Assembly: GCA_034780895.1 (NCBI GenBank)
Contig: JAUZTB010000027.1
Location: forward strand, 26,156,626 to 26,220,622
Direction of reading: 5' to 3'
Length of the DNA: 63,997 nt
From: Rhynchobatus australiae
Taxonomy: Eukaryota
In this document: positions 39,101 through 50,853 of the stretch, piece by piece
Position numbering within the stretch: the stretch's first letter is position 1
Layout of the letters: every line of letters begins with the position of its first letter
Made by a program: the position numbers and the translations under genes
The notes under the pieces: model-generated
Database searches by the model: none
What the model was told of the DNA's origin: nothing
What the model saw: only the letters and a program-made list of their open reading frames with translations

Positions 39101-40774
39101 TCAAGTTACAATTATGCAAGTTCATCACAGGAAAGTGATGCGAGTGTATTTAGTGCATATGCTTATTTATGCATGTCCTATACAGACCTCTGAATTTCTG
39201 AATAAGTTGTAGGTGTTGTTTAATTTAATGTCAGAACATGTCCAAGAATAAACCTTACCTTTGTGCAGAGATGTCTCTGAGAACTGTTAAAGTTACTAAT
39301 TTCCAGCTAACAGGGTAATAAAGTTATCAAGATGAAATGTCCTACATGCTGGAGACAGGACAAGGATATATTATTTCAAATGTTATAACTTCAGGAGTGT
39401 ACACATTTTACCAATGTTAGGATTTACAAGTAAATTACAATGTTAACTAATAGCTGAGATTTTAATATGGCTGGGACCATCTGTAGCAACCATAGAGATT
39501 GTATTATAAATTAGCATTGTTTTTATGTAAGTGTTGTTCAATGAACTTTAGAACCCATGTCACATGGTTTCTGAGGCTTTATAATTGTGTATTCATTGAA
39601 GGGTTTTTATGCAATGTAATAAAACCTGGAACTTTCCCCAAGCCACCAGTTGCTTCACAAAGAGAGAAAAAGTAAATACACAAACANNNNNNNNNNNNNN
39701 NNNNNNNNNNNNNNNNNNNNNNNNNNNNNNNNNNNNNNNNNNNNNNNNNCCAGAAAGCATTTGCTGTAGAGGTACAGGGGCTGACATATATCTTCACTTG
39801 GGGACTTCACAATTTCCAGCTCTCATCACACAGATTATCCAGAATTGTTCTTAAAAAAAATCTCAGGATATGTGGAAAATCCAGCCCTTTTACTCCCCCA
39901 CGTACTATTTTGAGTTTCATCTTCCCCATCACAAATCATGGATTCATTTGAAAACAGCTTCTGACTGCTTTAACTTCAAAAGCATCCACAAGGGGTATAT
40001 GCAGGCTGGCGATTGAGAGAACAGTATGTGGCAGCATTCAAGACTTTTTAAATTGAAAGTCAGCAGATACATGCATCATGCAACAACATCACATATACTA
40101 TATAATGAAATGCATATGTCAGATGCTGAAACACATAGAGTATATCTTGAAAAATAGATAGCATGGACTGAATGCGTGGATATTGCAAATTGAAATTAAA
40201 TATATGGACTGATATTAGTCTTCCTAATTTCAGGCCAATGCTGGAGAAATAGTCTATTTCCTAATTTAAGAAGCCATTATTCCATATTTACATCCTGAGT
40301 GCTATAGGGATTTCAAAAACTATTTAATTTGATCTCCTGTAACCCCATACTGCAGTGGCTTATTCCTCTCAGATGACTCCTCATTAATAGTCTCAATTCC
40401 CCATTCCCAGCAATGTTGTAAAATTAGTGCGTGTGGATTCTGACTTATGGTGCAAGATGTATGCATGTCTCACAGCAATATGTATACACTTCACCATGTG
40501 CTAAAGTGGATATACTTCAATAGCAGATATATGGATTTCATTATCTAACGTGTCTAAGGATCTCAGTTTCTTCCAGAAATTTGGCTGTATTCCATGGTGA
40601 AGAATGTTTCTTGGATACTTTGCCTTTGCACTCTTCCAAGTCAATCAGAATCCCATCTTGTCTAGTGGTTGTTTGTGTGAAGGTTTTGCATATTTAAGAG
40701 GATGTTTCTGGTTGTACTGTAATATGCAAATCTTTCCCAAACACCCTCAAAAATAACAAATTTTTTAAAATCTC

Positions 40775-40880
40775 AGGAGCAACAAACAATCTGCTGGAGG
40801 AATTCAACGGGTTGAGCAGCACCTGTGAAGGGGAAGGAATCATCGACATTTCAGGTCAAATCCCTGCATCAGGACTGAAA
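40775..40880 (-). mobile_element. Penelope terminal fragment
   Basis: ggagcaacaaacaatctgctggaggaattcaacgggttgagcagcacctgtg...cgacatttcaggtcaaatccctgcatcaggactg; same family as the left arm of 5714-5950. Confidence 0.8.
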
Positions 40881-42402
40881 AATCAGGCTCTTGCCATGAG
40901 GAGAAAGATGCTGGAGTGAAAATACAGATTTTTTTTATGATCAGGTCCTTAGTTCTATTAACATAATATAAAATTAGGTGGATTAAATCTTTACAAGATT
41001 CTGACCATTAGTGAACTCCATTTAAATGACCATTGTTAAATGACTGAGTTTTATGGCATGCTATTCTTTTGGGATGAAATATTGTCAGTACAACAAATTC
41101 AAAATGCAGTTTCTTATATCTTTTAGTTTTGATATTTCACTATTAGGATTGCTATTACTAGATTATCTTTGGCTTTGAAAAAACTCTTGCAGTTATCTCT
41201 TCATCTTACTGTCCTGTTGTATAAGAATCGCACAGTTGTTCAAAGAATAAACTGTCTCTATAAGGAAGCAATGTTTTTGCCTGCCTATAAAAGAGACAAA
41301 GGAAAGAAGCCTGTCTTTAACAGCCAATAATGATCCTTTTACTGTCTCATTTATTTTCATGGTTGGTGGTTGCTGTGCTCCATTTGTATTTGTAATTTTC
41401 CCCAAAAAGAAAATAATTATTCACAGGTACAGCCTCCTGTCTCTGAAGCAACCCAAATTCATTCTACCCTGCAGAAGCAAAATCCTGCTTAAATTTCTAT
41501 CAGATGTAAACGTCTTTTACAGTACCACCCAGCATATATCAAATCAACTTAAAAGAGGAAGTTCAATTGCTTTATTGCTATGATTTGTGATGTGAAGTTG
41601 GTATTCACAATTCACTTATAGTTGGTTAAAATGCCAATCATGGATCTTGCATTCCGTCTGCTGTCAAGTTGTGTTGAATTGTCACCCTGAGTAGAATGCA
41701 ATGGTTTTACAAGGCTGTGAGTACTTCCACTTTCCACATTGTAAAATCACATTATTATAATGAGAATGCAAATGACAAAAAAGCTGTGTGGAATGGCTGT
41801 AGATGAGTTACTTGTCAAAACTACTTAACTTTAGGAAAAGAGAGTGCTCACTCAACACAACCATGTATATTCTAAATGGCGTCATCTTTACAGCCATGGC
41901 ACGTGGCCAAATGAAGGCTAAGCATGCTTTACTGACTGCTGTGTATCTTTGCGTTCCTGTTTACTGTTGTATAGTTCAGAATGTCTAAACAAGTCATGTT
42001 ATGTCTGAAATCTTCCATTCAGTGGTGTTTAATATAGGTTAACCTAAGTCAATATTTCAAATCGGAAGCTCTGTACAAACGTAGATCAGGTTGAATCTGA
42101 TTGTAAATAACCAGTTGATTTACAGACCAATTTAAAGCTGTTCGGTTGCTTTTCGAAGAACCTCAGCTCTTATCAATCTAAAATAGTTTTCCTGTTCAGT
42201 CTGAAATCATTCAAATCACTTCTTGTAGCTGCCACACTTTAAAGGCATTGGTTTTACTGGAAGGGTTCACATGGACAGGTTTATTGTGAAACAAGTAAGT
42301 TTATGGAAATCATTTCAAGAAATGTTTTATGTCCCACAATCTGTAAATCAATGTGAGTTATTCCAAACCTCTCATCTCTAATCACAATTCATATGCTGCA
42401 AT

Positions 42403-42452
42403 GAAACAGAAAATCCTGGGAATAGTCAGCAGGTCAGGCAGCATCTGTAGAG
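42403..42452 (-). mobile_element. Short Penelope terminal fragment
   Basis: aaacagaaaatcctgggaatagtcagcaggtcaggcagcatctgtagaga. Confidence 0.6.
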
Positions 42453-42709
42453 ACTAGATTTGAGATTTCCAACTATTTTGGTTTCCTTGTACATCGGAAA
42501 TAATTGTAAATAGGAATAAATGACTCATATCCCAATGATCTTTGACATAAATTAGCACTGAAATGATGTAATTTTGCAGGTTTCAATTTAACTTTATCTT
42601 ATATTTTGTTTAATTCTGTACAATGAACATGGTAATATGCATTTTAAAGGTTAAATGTGCTGAAGATTCCTTTTAAACCTTTTCAATAAATACATTAATG
42701 GAATCCATG

Positions 42710-42725
42710 ATGCAAATATTTGCAT
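42710..42725. promoter_or_regulatory. Palindromic double octamer ATGCAAAT-ATTTGCAT (candidate POU-factor site)
   Basis: Perfect 16-bp palindrome made of two canonical octamers; function not shown. Confidence 0.3.
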
Positions 42726-43449
42726 AACTTCAAAGAGTTACTTAACAGAAATGTAATCACAGTATATCTACACTAAAACAGAAACTATCAAACTTTATTT
42801 CATTACCATTAAAGAAAATTTAAAAACCTCAAGTACTTCACAACTAACATTTAGAGAAACCATCAGCATTCTTTCACTNNNNNNNNNNNNNNNNNNNNNN
42901 NNNNNNNNNNNNNNNNNNNNNNNNNNNNNNNNNNNNNNNNNNNNNNNNNNNNNNNNNNNNNNNNNNNNNNNNNNNNNNNNNNNNNNNNNNNNNNNNNNNN
43001 NNNNNNNNNNNNNNNNNNNNNNNNNNNNNNNNNNNNNNNNNNNNNNNNNNNNNNNNNNNNNNNNNNNNNNNNNNNNNNNNNNNNNNNNNNNNNNNNNNNN
43101 NNNNNNNNNNNNNNNNNNNNNNNNNNNNNNNNNNNNNNNNNNNNNNNNNNNNNNNNNNNNNNNNNNNNNNNNNNNNNNNNNNNNNNNNNNNNNNNNNNNN
43201 NNNNNNNNNNNNNNNNNNNNNNNNNNNNNNNNNNNNNNNNNNNNNNNNNNNNNNNNNNNNNNNNNNNNNNNNNNNNNNNNNNNNNNNNNNNNNNNNNNNN
43301 NNNNNNNNNNNNNNNNNNTTTTTAACTTCCCTGCCTTGTAAAAACTAGTAAGGCAGCAGTTAAAATACAGTGGGGACTAAGTCCCTCCCCAATCTAGCAG
43401 GCTGCAATTTTAAGTTGGTGGTGTCAAGTCAACCCTCCTAAAACAATTT

Positions 43450-43720
43450 TCAGACTAGCATCTTGGAATGTAAGCACCGGACAAGGACCATGTCAGGGAG
43501 TCAGTGTTCTAACATTTGCAGCATTTTCAGAGATTGAACTGGAAGAGCAACCTCTAAACACATCACTCTCAAACCACTTTGCAAGGAACAGCAATGTCAC
43601 ACACATCCCAAAGGATGCTAGGACCACGGTGACCACACCTTTACGATGCCATTCTGGCTACCACCACAACTTTCTAATCGGTCTTCTCCTCACACTTTCT
43701 CTTAATCGCTCATTGAAGCA
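43450..43720 (+). mobile_element. RTE-like LINE, start of APE endonuclease (relic)
   Basis: agactagcatcttggaatgtaagcacc = RLASWNVST (cf. LASWNVRT); later gaccacacctttac resembles DYTF. Confidence 0.45.
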
Positions 43721-44024
43721 GTTAATTCAAAAGGCTGCTACTCCTCATGCTATGACCAAACCACTGGAGTTTCTTTCTTTTGGTAGTGTTAAGTAAGAAT
43801 GCCGGGAAAACAATTTGGCTACTCAGAACTCTTCCTCCCCCTTCCTTGAACTTATTCAGTTAGATCTTGGCCGAACTATACCTCAACACCATTTTCTATC
43901 GGTCATAATCCTCAATACACTTACCCAATGCAAATCTAAAAGTTCAACTGAGCTCAGCCCTTGTGGGGGAAGTTAGGCAATTAAAATTATCCATGGGCTC
44001 ACCTCCAACAACATCTCACACTGA

Positions 44025-44495
44025 TCCCATAGACCTAGTCCTCATGTTTCACCCTATGAGCCTCTGCATCCAGCATATCATCCTTCGTCAATTCCAGGAC
44101 ATCTGTAATGCCCTCCTTTTTCAGGAAGCATGGCTTCCCTTCTGCTGTGGTGGATGGAGCTCGATCTAGCATCTCCTCTGTGTCTCAGTCTTCTGCTCTC
44201 ACCCCACCTCCTCCCAGACAGAATAAAGATAGAGTTCCTCTAGTCCTCATCTTTCACCTTTCACCTTATGAACCTCCACATCGAGCATTTCATCCTTTGT
44301 CATCCTTCCAGCAGACCCATTTTAACATTGTGTTCTGAGGATGTGAGAGGGAAAGCTATCAGAAACCAGATGAGTCCTTCTTTAAACAGCAGTTCTGACA
44401 AAGGGTCACAGATCTGAAACATTGACTGTTTCTCTTTACACAGATGCTGCCTGACCTGCTGAGTTGTTTCCAGCAGTTTCTGTCTTTGCTCCTTC
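44025..44495 (+). mobile_element. Penelope-like element: RT-to-GIY-YIG linker fragment plus terminal repeat
   Basis: ORF 44108-44338 MPSFFRKHGFPSAVVDGARSSISSVSQSSALTPPPPRQNKDRVPLVLIFH is typical of PLEs; 44392-44490 is the terminal repeat cagttctgacaaagggtc...gaaacattgactg...gatgctgcctgacctgctgag. Confidence 0.8.
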
Positions 44496-45589
44496 TCTAA
44501 ATGTGCTGATCTGGCTCTGATAATATCAGCAGGTACCAACCACTGTTCTAATGAGAGGCTCAGGTGACATTGTCTGCATCAGGTCAACCTAGTCATGACC
44601 AAATATAGCAAATCTTTGAAGATTTTCTCAGCATTCCTTTTGGGATCAGGCAGTGTGGGAGTATTGGTCAGGTCCCACAGGGACGATTAAGCTTCCCCTG
44701 TCCCTGGCTTCTCTCAGCCTTTTGTGTGTTTGCTCCAGAAACCAGTCCTTGTGACGTACCAGATGACTGCTGATCATTCCTCCGACCCTGGCAGCAGCTT
44801 CCCTCCGCCCCACATACCATTCACACCCAGGGGCCAGCTGCTGTATAGAAGAGGCTGATGGAATGTGGTAATGACCTTTACGCTCATTCACATGAGAATG
44901 AAGTTTCAACACGATGGCAAAGCTTGGTGAAGTAACGGTGGAAGTGGCAGGTGTTAGATGAAATGATTGATAGGATTGTCAGCAAACGTTGATCTCAGAG
45001 TGAGGATGGATACATGAACAATGCCTGAGATTTGAAAAAAAAGACCAAATAAAAATCCGTCATCCTCTGGGTGTTAGTTTGTCATTTGATCCCCCATCTG
45101 TCGCCATTTGAACATATTGTGGCAAGTGAAATTCCACTGAACAAAACATGACTTTTGTAAGAAAAAGAACAGCAAGTCTCAGGGAGAAAAAAATCAGCAA
45201 CTTGTAAAGCATCAAATGTTGGGGAAGTGAGGGAAAAAAACAAGAGACNNNNNNNNNNNNNNNNNNNNNNNNNNNNNNNNNNNNNNNNNNNNNNNNNNNN
45301 NNNNNNNNNNNNNNNNNNNNNNNNNNNNNNNNNNNNNNNNNNNNNNNNNNNCCATTCAAATCCATTTCCTTCTTCTCCCTTTCCAGCAAAGTCCTGCTCT
45401 GACTTTAACAGTAATTTGCTGAAGTGAACACTCACTCAGATAGGAAATGGATACATTGTGACTCATCTTCAAGATAAAGTTTCCAGCCAGCTTTAGGGAG
45501 GAGAACCATCCACCCACTGCCAAGAAGAGCAGAAACCTTCAGAGGGAAGCTGCTGAATTCAGAGTTCCTGCACCCTAGTTCAAGCTGAG

Positions 45590-46000
45590 GATCTCTCAGG
45601 AGTACCTCATCAGCACAGGCATCTCTGGGGTTGACTTGGGGCTGCTACTGCCATGCAGCAAGCCCTGGTCTGCATGCTGGCCCCCAGCAGGGCTTTTAGA
45701 GATGTTCTCCAAATCCATCAAAAGCTTACAATGTGGAATCACTCCTGTTAGAGGCAACAGGTGCACAGATCTTGAATCTACTCTGGTATCCGAACCCTGC
45801 AGATTTTGAGGAGCATCATAGTATGAGCTCTGTTTTAATAATGAAGCCTGTGTTGTGGGCAGCACTGCCAAACTTCATCCTGCGGAGCGTAGTGTGATTT
45901 GTGTCGGATACATTGCTTTTAATATCCTATATTATGGCAAAATCTTCTGAGCTACGACCATTATTTATGCTTGGTGGTTAAAGTTAGCCGAGTGTTCAGC
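45590..46000 (-). mobile_element. Possible Harbinger transposase relic
   Basis: LLPLTGVIPHC resembles FP.V.G.ID.TH; otherwise weak. Confidence 0.25.
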
Positions 46001-46339
46001 TCCCAGGACTCAGCCTATTATTGTTCCAATTTGAAGCACACATGGACATTGTTCCAATGGGGTGAGGATGATGGGATTCAGTAGCAGCACCCTGATCGGT
46101 GCTCACCTCTCTAGTTCAGGTCTGCTGATGTCCATTCTGGCATCCCACATGAATTCTTTCCTCACAAACAATTGGAGACCTTTCTGTCCTTCAAGGTACA
46201 GCTACTCCCTTCATCTTCTGCTTATCTTAAGAAGGTACTTGAGATTTGTTCCTATAGTGTTGTTATTAAGTAGGGGAAAGGAAAAGCAAATGGAGGTGCA
46301 GGATATAAATATATGCCGTTTTTCTCCAATTTCTTACAT

Positions 46340-46735
46340 TGTGTGAACATCCACAATGTGAGACATAGGAGAAGGAGTTGGTCATCTAACTCCTTAATAA
46401 AAGCAGGTCTGACTTGGCCCCAACTCCACTTTCCTTCCTGTTTGCCTCCCCCTTTCATAGTCCAAAAATCTAGCTACCTCAACCTGAAATAGATCCAATG
46501 ACTCAGCCTGCACAGGTAGAAAACTGTAAATATTCACAACACTTGGCAAAAAGGAACTCCTCCTCAACTCTACCTCAAATAGGTAATCCCTTATTTCAAA
46601 ACTATGCCACCTGGTTCCAGACTCCCTCATGAGGGAAACATCCTCTCTGCATCTACCCTGTCAGAATCTTATCTATCAAATGACTACCTCTCAATGAGTA
46701 TGGACCCAACTTGTTCAAACTTTCCTGAGAAGACA
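46340..46735 (-). mobile_element. CR1-like LINE 3' fragment
   Basis: ORF 46394-46630 MRESGTRWHSFEIRDYLFEVELRRSSFLPSVVNIYSFLP matches CR1 ESRTRGH...F.TE.RR.FF.QRVVN.WNSLP. Confidence 0.8.
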
Positions 46736-47946
46736 GCAAAGTGCAAAATGCCTGTAGGGCGGGAAACAGAATAATGTATTGTAAAATAATTTAAATTTTT
46801 GTACTGCATAAAGGATGCCGGAGGAGAGGAAATTATTCCTTTTTACTATTATAAATGTAGTTGTTTTATTTGGTTACTTTGTGCAGTCATCTAACAGATG
46901 TGTAGATATTACATTCCATCTCAAAAGATATGGGTTACACATCAAGTTAGGGAAGGTAGAGGAACAACAGATCATTTCTCATTAACACTAAGGCATTGGA
47001 CTCTATGTCCATGAGTCTGCTTTTCAAACTGCCACATATTTATCTTGACTGTAAGGGGTCTAAACTGAACTTGTGCAGAATGTGAGTATCACCTGGCATT
47101 AAAGGACTTGTTCTGAGATGGCTGGTTCTGTGCTGGAACATTGCCAACCATGCTTCATAATTCCATCGCTTCACATTTTCTTCTGACTGGTGCCCAGATG
47201 CAAATGTTGGATTTTACATTCTTTAGTAAAACTGACGTTTATTTCAGTGAGCGGAGAACAGTTTTAAAAATGTGATTTTTTTTCAGTACATAAATATGTA
47301 CAAAATTGATGAATACGTATTGCAGACAATAAAAGTGTCATTTTTTATAGCGGTGTCAAGATTAAACCAGTGTAGAGTCTGGTTTGGTCAGATTATACAT
47401 TGCAGCCCTGATTCTAAACTTTCAAATATCTTTTCCTTTTCCAATGATTCAGAAAGATAAATTATTTTTGGTGATAAAGCTTTTATTTTGCACATGCACA
47501 TGACTAAGATTTAATGTGAAAAATCCTTCTGCAGAGAGTATCTATCTTGCAAAATAAAATCCCACGGGAGTAAGTCTTAATCGGTACTGCTCTATTTTGC
47601 AGTGCAAACTCAATGTACTGAAAAAGGGGGTTTATGCACTTCACACCTTTAAATGATACTTTGAAGATAATCTGAAAAAATATTCTTACTATTCTCAGCG
47701 ACTCTAATAGATAGCGTTGTTTGGTGGTTTTCCAGATTAAAATAAAATTGTATGGTGGCATAGATAATATGTCTTTATTTCTCATTAATACATCTCAAAT
47801 TTGGATTTCTGTATATTTTGTGTACAAATATGTAGTGCTAATGCTGACCTGGACGTTACCCAAAAAATTGTGAAACTGGTATATCCTTGCATTAAGAACT
47901 GGCGATCATGGTTTAGTCCCTTTATGAAGCATTAAAGTACAACACG

Positions 47947-48188
47947 TGTGGTAATGCTGCTTGGTTGGCTAGACTCAGAGACCGAGAGAGCAACAATCGC
48001 TGCACCTCCCAGAGAGAAGACCACCCTGAGCATGGAGTAAGTTGATCACAAATCCATGAGCACAGGTGGTCCTGACACTGGACCCAGCTCCTGCGATCAG
48101 TGGAACACTGGATCATAGATCGAGCGACTCGTGACCTGTGGTTACTGGTTCAGAGAGGTTTCGATCTGTACTAGGGCTGTTGGCAACA
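47947..48188 (-). mobile_element. Possible solo LTR
   Basis: CpG-retaining, GC-richer block bounded by TG...CA (tgtggtaatgc...ggcaaca); no clear TSD or polyA signal. Confidence 0.2.
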
Positions 48189-48689
48189 AATTTTGTGGAA
48201 ATAAATTTTTACAGAGGATGATTTTTAACACATAAAAATTATATCCCAGGGCACTCTTTAAATTATGCTTTGCTCCTTACTTTCAGCCTGATGTACTCGT
48301 CGTTGAACTGTGAGTTAATTGCCAAGATCTTAATTCACAACCTTTTGTTCCAATCTTTGTTGGAAGCTAATGAATGGATCTGCACATGGGATGGCATTAT
48401 CTTCTGCTCAAAATACAAAGGGAAATTACATCAAATTTGGAGTGTGATGTCATTCCAATTCCTGGATAGATGAGGCTCAACAGGAAATGACACAAACACT
48501 CCAAAATCTAATTCAATTTCTTGCCTGTAGCTCTCAGTTATTAGATTATTAAAATTAAAATTCCATCCACTTTTCCTCANNNNNNNNNNNNNNNNNNNNN
48601 NNNNNNNNNNNNNAAATTTTAAGGATGAATGAGGAGGTTATATTAATAAACAGTTGAGAGCATTGTACCAGTAGAGGATAGAGCCCTCT

Positions 48690-48990
48690 GCATCTTAAGG
48701 ACATTCCAAAGTGCTTCTAAACCTGTGAACTATATGAAGTGTTATCAGTGGTGTTTTATAGGTAAATAAACTAATTTATTCCAATCAGGGCCCTCCAATG
48801 AACAGATGCAGTGAATGACCAGTTAATTTGCTCTTTGGAGGTGTTGATTGAATGTGTCTATATTACCCCCCCCTTTGAATAGTGTCTATTATCTCCACCT
48901 GAACAGGTATCTAAAGACCACACCTCTACCAATGCAGTGCATTGCTTGAGCCTTAATTATACCTTTAGGCACAAGGGTGGGCCTTGAGTC
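48690..48990 (-). mobile_element. DeuSINE-like SINE, decayed
   Basis: aggacattccaaagtgct...gaagtgt...aatgaccagttaatttg...tgttgattga...ttgaatagtg...tccacctgaa is the reverse of the Deu blocks. Confidence 0.45.
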
Positions 48991-50853
48991 TGTGGTATTG
49001 AAAGGTTATACCAAGGCAAACATGTACAAGGACAAAAAGGGACATGTACAATGATGATTGCTGATCAATGGAGTGTAGAAAAGGTACCAATAACAGAGCA
49101 CTACCTGCTAGATACAATGGAATGCCTCCACCCAACAACTCGCAGCATTGATTTTCTGTTCATTATTTTAACATTGAAAGTAAACAGCTGTCACCAATAC
49201 ACCAGGCTTCTTCTCTAATCTTCCTTCCTGCATTTAACCCGGATATTGGTTGGAAAGCCAAGCCATGATTCCATGGATGAACTCTGTGGGATACTGCAGT
49301 GCAGAACTGTAGATTAAACAGTAGATCCAGTGAAGTGATGGCCTAGAAGTTATTTCACAGAGTGCAACATTTATCACACTGTGTGACCACCCATGGAAAA
49401 TTGAGCCTTAATAACAAATATGGAGCCTGCTTCTGCAAACTTAAAGGGGAGCAGTCTTATCTGTTTTTTAAATCTGATGCATGGATTCCCTGGTAGGTCC
49501 TCGTGAAGATTTTATTTGATGCTCATTTCCTGTCCACCATCCCTTCCCTCTCAACTGGGCCACCCACCACTGGATCCGTGCAGGTGGATTACATGACCAG
49601 GTAAGCCAGTTGCCCCAGTTATCAAATATTGGTCCCAACAACGTAGAACAATGGCTAGCAAAGAGTGCACTTAAATTGAGGGGTGCAAATGATGAATATA
49701 TCACTGGAGTTGCTGTGCTACAGTGAAAATGAATGCTGCTGACACACAGTCATTAGACCACCATAGGAGTCAGATGAATTGGGCTGATGAAACCGAAACC
49801 AATACAAAATGAAATAAAAGATGTTATCACTTAGTACATCCATTCATCACTCCTTTTTAGCTGCCAATATCACAAGGTCATAAAATGTTGAAAATTTTTT
49901 TTCAACACGTTTAGCAAAAGGTTATTGGATATATACAGTAGGGATGGCAAAATGCAAACTGTGCTCCTGTCATCTTCTAGAGGAGAGTATGTATCAATCC
50001 TACAAGCTAGAATAATATTTTGTCAAGTTGGTCCACAGAAGATACAAGACTTAGAAATAACAATGTGACCGATGAGCTGGTGGGGAATCTGCATCTCAGG
50101 CCTGAAGCACAACAACTTAGTGTTGCCTGTGACACTACAAGAAGTTGCCAGTGAAGAGGTTTGGTGTGCTGATGGTACCAAAGTGCCCTTTGGATTGGGG
50201 ACCAGAAACTGATTTAGGGCCTGAATAATGAGACACAGAAATTCGGGCCTGAGTTTGCCATGGATTACAAAGATTGGATTCAAGGCAGAGCAGAGCCTAG
50301 AGAGAAGGCCAGAAGCAGTGATGGACTGATGACTGATGTCAGGAAGCTCACTTGTTTTCAAGCTTGGACTGTCTTTACAGTCTTTAATCAAGAGCTGGGA
50401 GGATATCTCTGCTCATTTTTTTCACCATTATTTTTCCTTTTGAATTGATCATACCCCCATTCTTTTCCATGTTGCAGAAAAATCTGTATGTTTTGTCCCT
50501 GACTCAGTAAAGGTATAATAGCATAAGTGGTGATCTGAATATAAAAAAGACAGTCAGGCTCCAAGTTAACAGAGATCCAGAGAGGTGCCTGTTGTTAGTT
50601 GTTAAGTCACTCAGCAACCAATTCAATTGAAAGAGGACAGAAACAAAATGGTTTTCTTCTCCCTTGGTGGCCCCCATTGCTGCACTACTTAGTCTTTATT
50701 CCATACAGGCCCATTTGATTCAGGATCATTCTGCATCCTCGCCACTTCTATTTCCTGAAGAGAGCGACAAAGTAAAGAGCAGTCTTTTCTTGATGCCTGA
50801 TCGTCTGGTCCCTGACCCCAAAGGCACTTCCGGCATCCCTTGAAAAAATAAGT

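Noticed and set aside
39254-39340. Minus-strand exon candidate with strong donor AAG|gtaagg
   Set aside because: All three frames from the best acceptor contain stops; no support as a coding exon
49780-49803. ctgatgaaaccgaaac hammerhead-like boxes
   Set aside because: There is no stem II between the boxes and no UH cleavage triplet or stem I in the right geometry
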